Of a DNA stretch of 64,000 nucleotides, positions 63,356 through 64,000 are shown piece by piece. Both the position numbers and the translations under genes were made by a program. Each line of letters starts with the position of its first letter. The first letter of the stretch is position 1. The stretch spans positions 105,462,001 through 105,526,000 of the forward strand of contig NW_026262712.1 in the NCBI RefSeq assembly GCF_021869535.1, given 5' to 3'. Source of the DNA: Mytilus californianus. Taxonomy: Eukaryota. Under the pieces are notes generated by a model. The model was given only the letters and a program-made list of their open reading frames with translations, was not told the origin of the DNA and did no database searches.

Positions 63356-64000
63356 ATTTGGTGGTGGAATCTGTTTCTCTAATGATTTTCAAACAATATG
63401 CAGGCAAACGTATTCCGTCTTTTCGAATGATCTGTAAAAAGATGTGTTCTTTCTATGTGACGTCATCAGGCATGGTCGCCTTTTTTATGCCGTCACAATA
63501 GGAAGTTCAGAGGAAAGCAAGTAAATTCGACGTCATAATTGGATTTTTAACCAATGAAGAACTGAGATCAAACGAACCACACGTTGGTTAAATTTTTTTA
63601 TACAATGGGTGCAGAAAGGGATAAATTGACGAAGAATTAGAGAAACATTAAGATGGAACAGATCTAAAAATGAGCGTTTTAGCGTCCCCATCGCACTTTA
63701 GAGTCCTACATATATATTTACATCAACTCCCTCGGTAGTCTAATAAAAGCGTGCTTGTCCCGTATCTGGGCGGTATTGGATTCCATGTTATAGTCCTGAA
63801 TAGACATTATTATATAGTTGGTAGACGAAAATAAGCCATCAATCAATAAGTTATATTTATAGATCCATATACATTATGAATGGTTTTATAATTTAAGGAA
63901 TAGGTGTGACATATACAAGATGGGGGAGAAAGGCTTGCCCAACAGGCGCTGAACTTGTTTATACAGGTAATTAATGTTTTTAACGTTTTCATAATAAAGT

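Overview
AT-rich, intron-containing animal genomic DNA. The repeat and gene content points to a bivalve mollusc, most likely Mytilus (inference). There are two assembly gaps (17169-17323, 35692-35821). Host genes: a minus-strand Ig+SRCR gene fragment with a frameshift (7580-8894); an apparently intact two-coding-exon, ~1288-aa Cys-rich Methuselah/adhesion-type 7TM receptor (26839-31517, minus); an orphan cystatin-like first exon (52559-52747, minus); and a short-chain-collagen-C4-like pseudogene plus the first exon of a paralogue (53880-57200; 62299-62623). Most of the rest is mobile DNA: a decayed tyrosine-recombinase (DIRS/Ngaro-type) retrotransposon with an extra SGNH-hydrolase ORF, several LINE fragments, a Tigger/pogo relic, a Helentron-type HINE, MITEs, a foldback array and many Penelope-like (probably Naiad) RT C-termini with their 3' ends. 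Main observation: the 3' termini of several sequence-divergent Penelope-like families carry a circularly permuted (type-P5) twister-ribozyme fold. It is supported by compensatory changes in both pseudoknots and in the helices, and the P1 helix is replaced by two varying but always self-complementary segments. Two intact minimal type-I hammerheads with covarying palindromic stem III are also present, one inside a 350-nt retrozyme-like unit.
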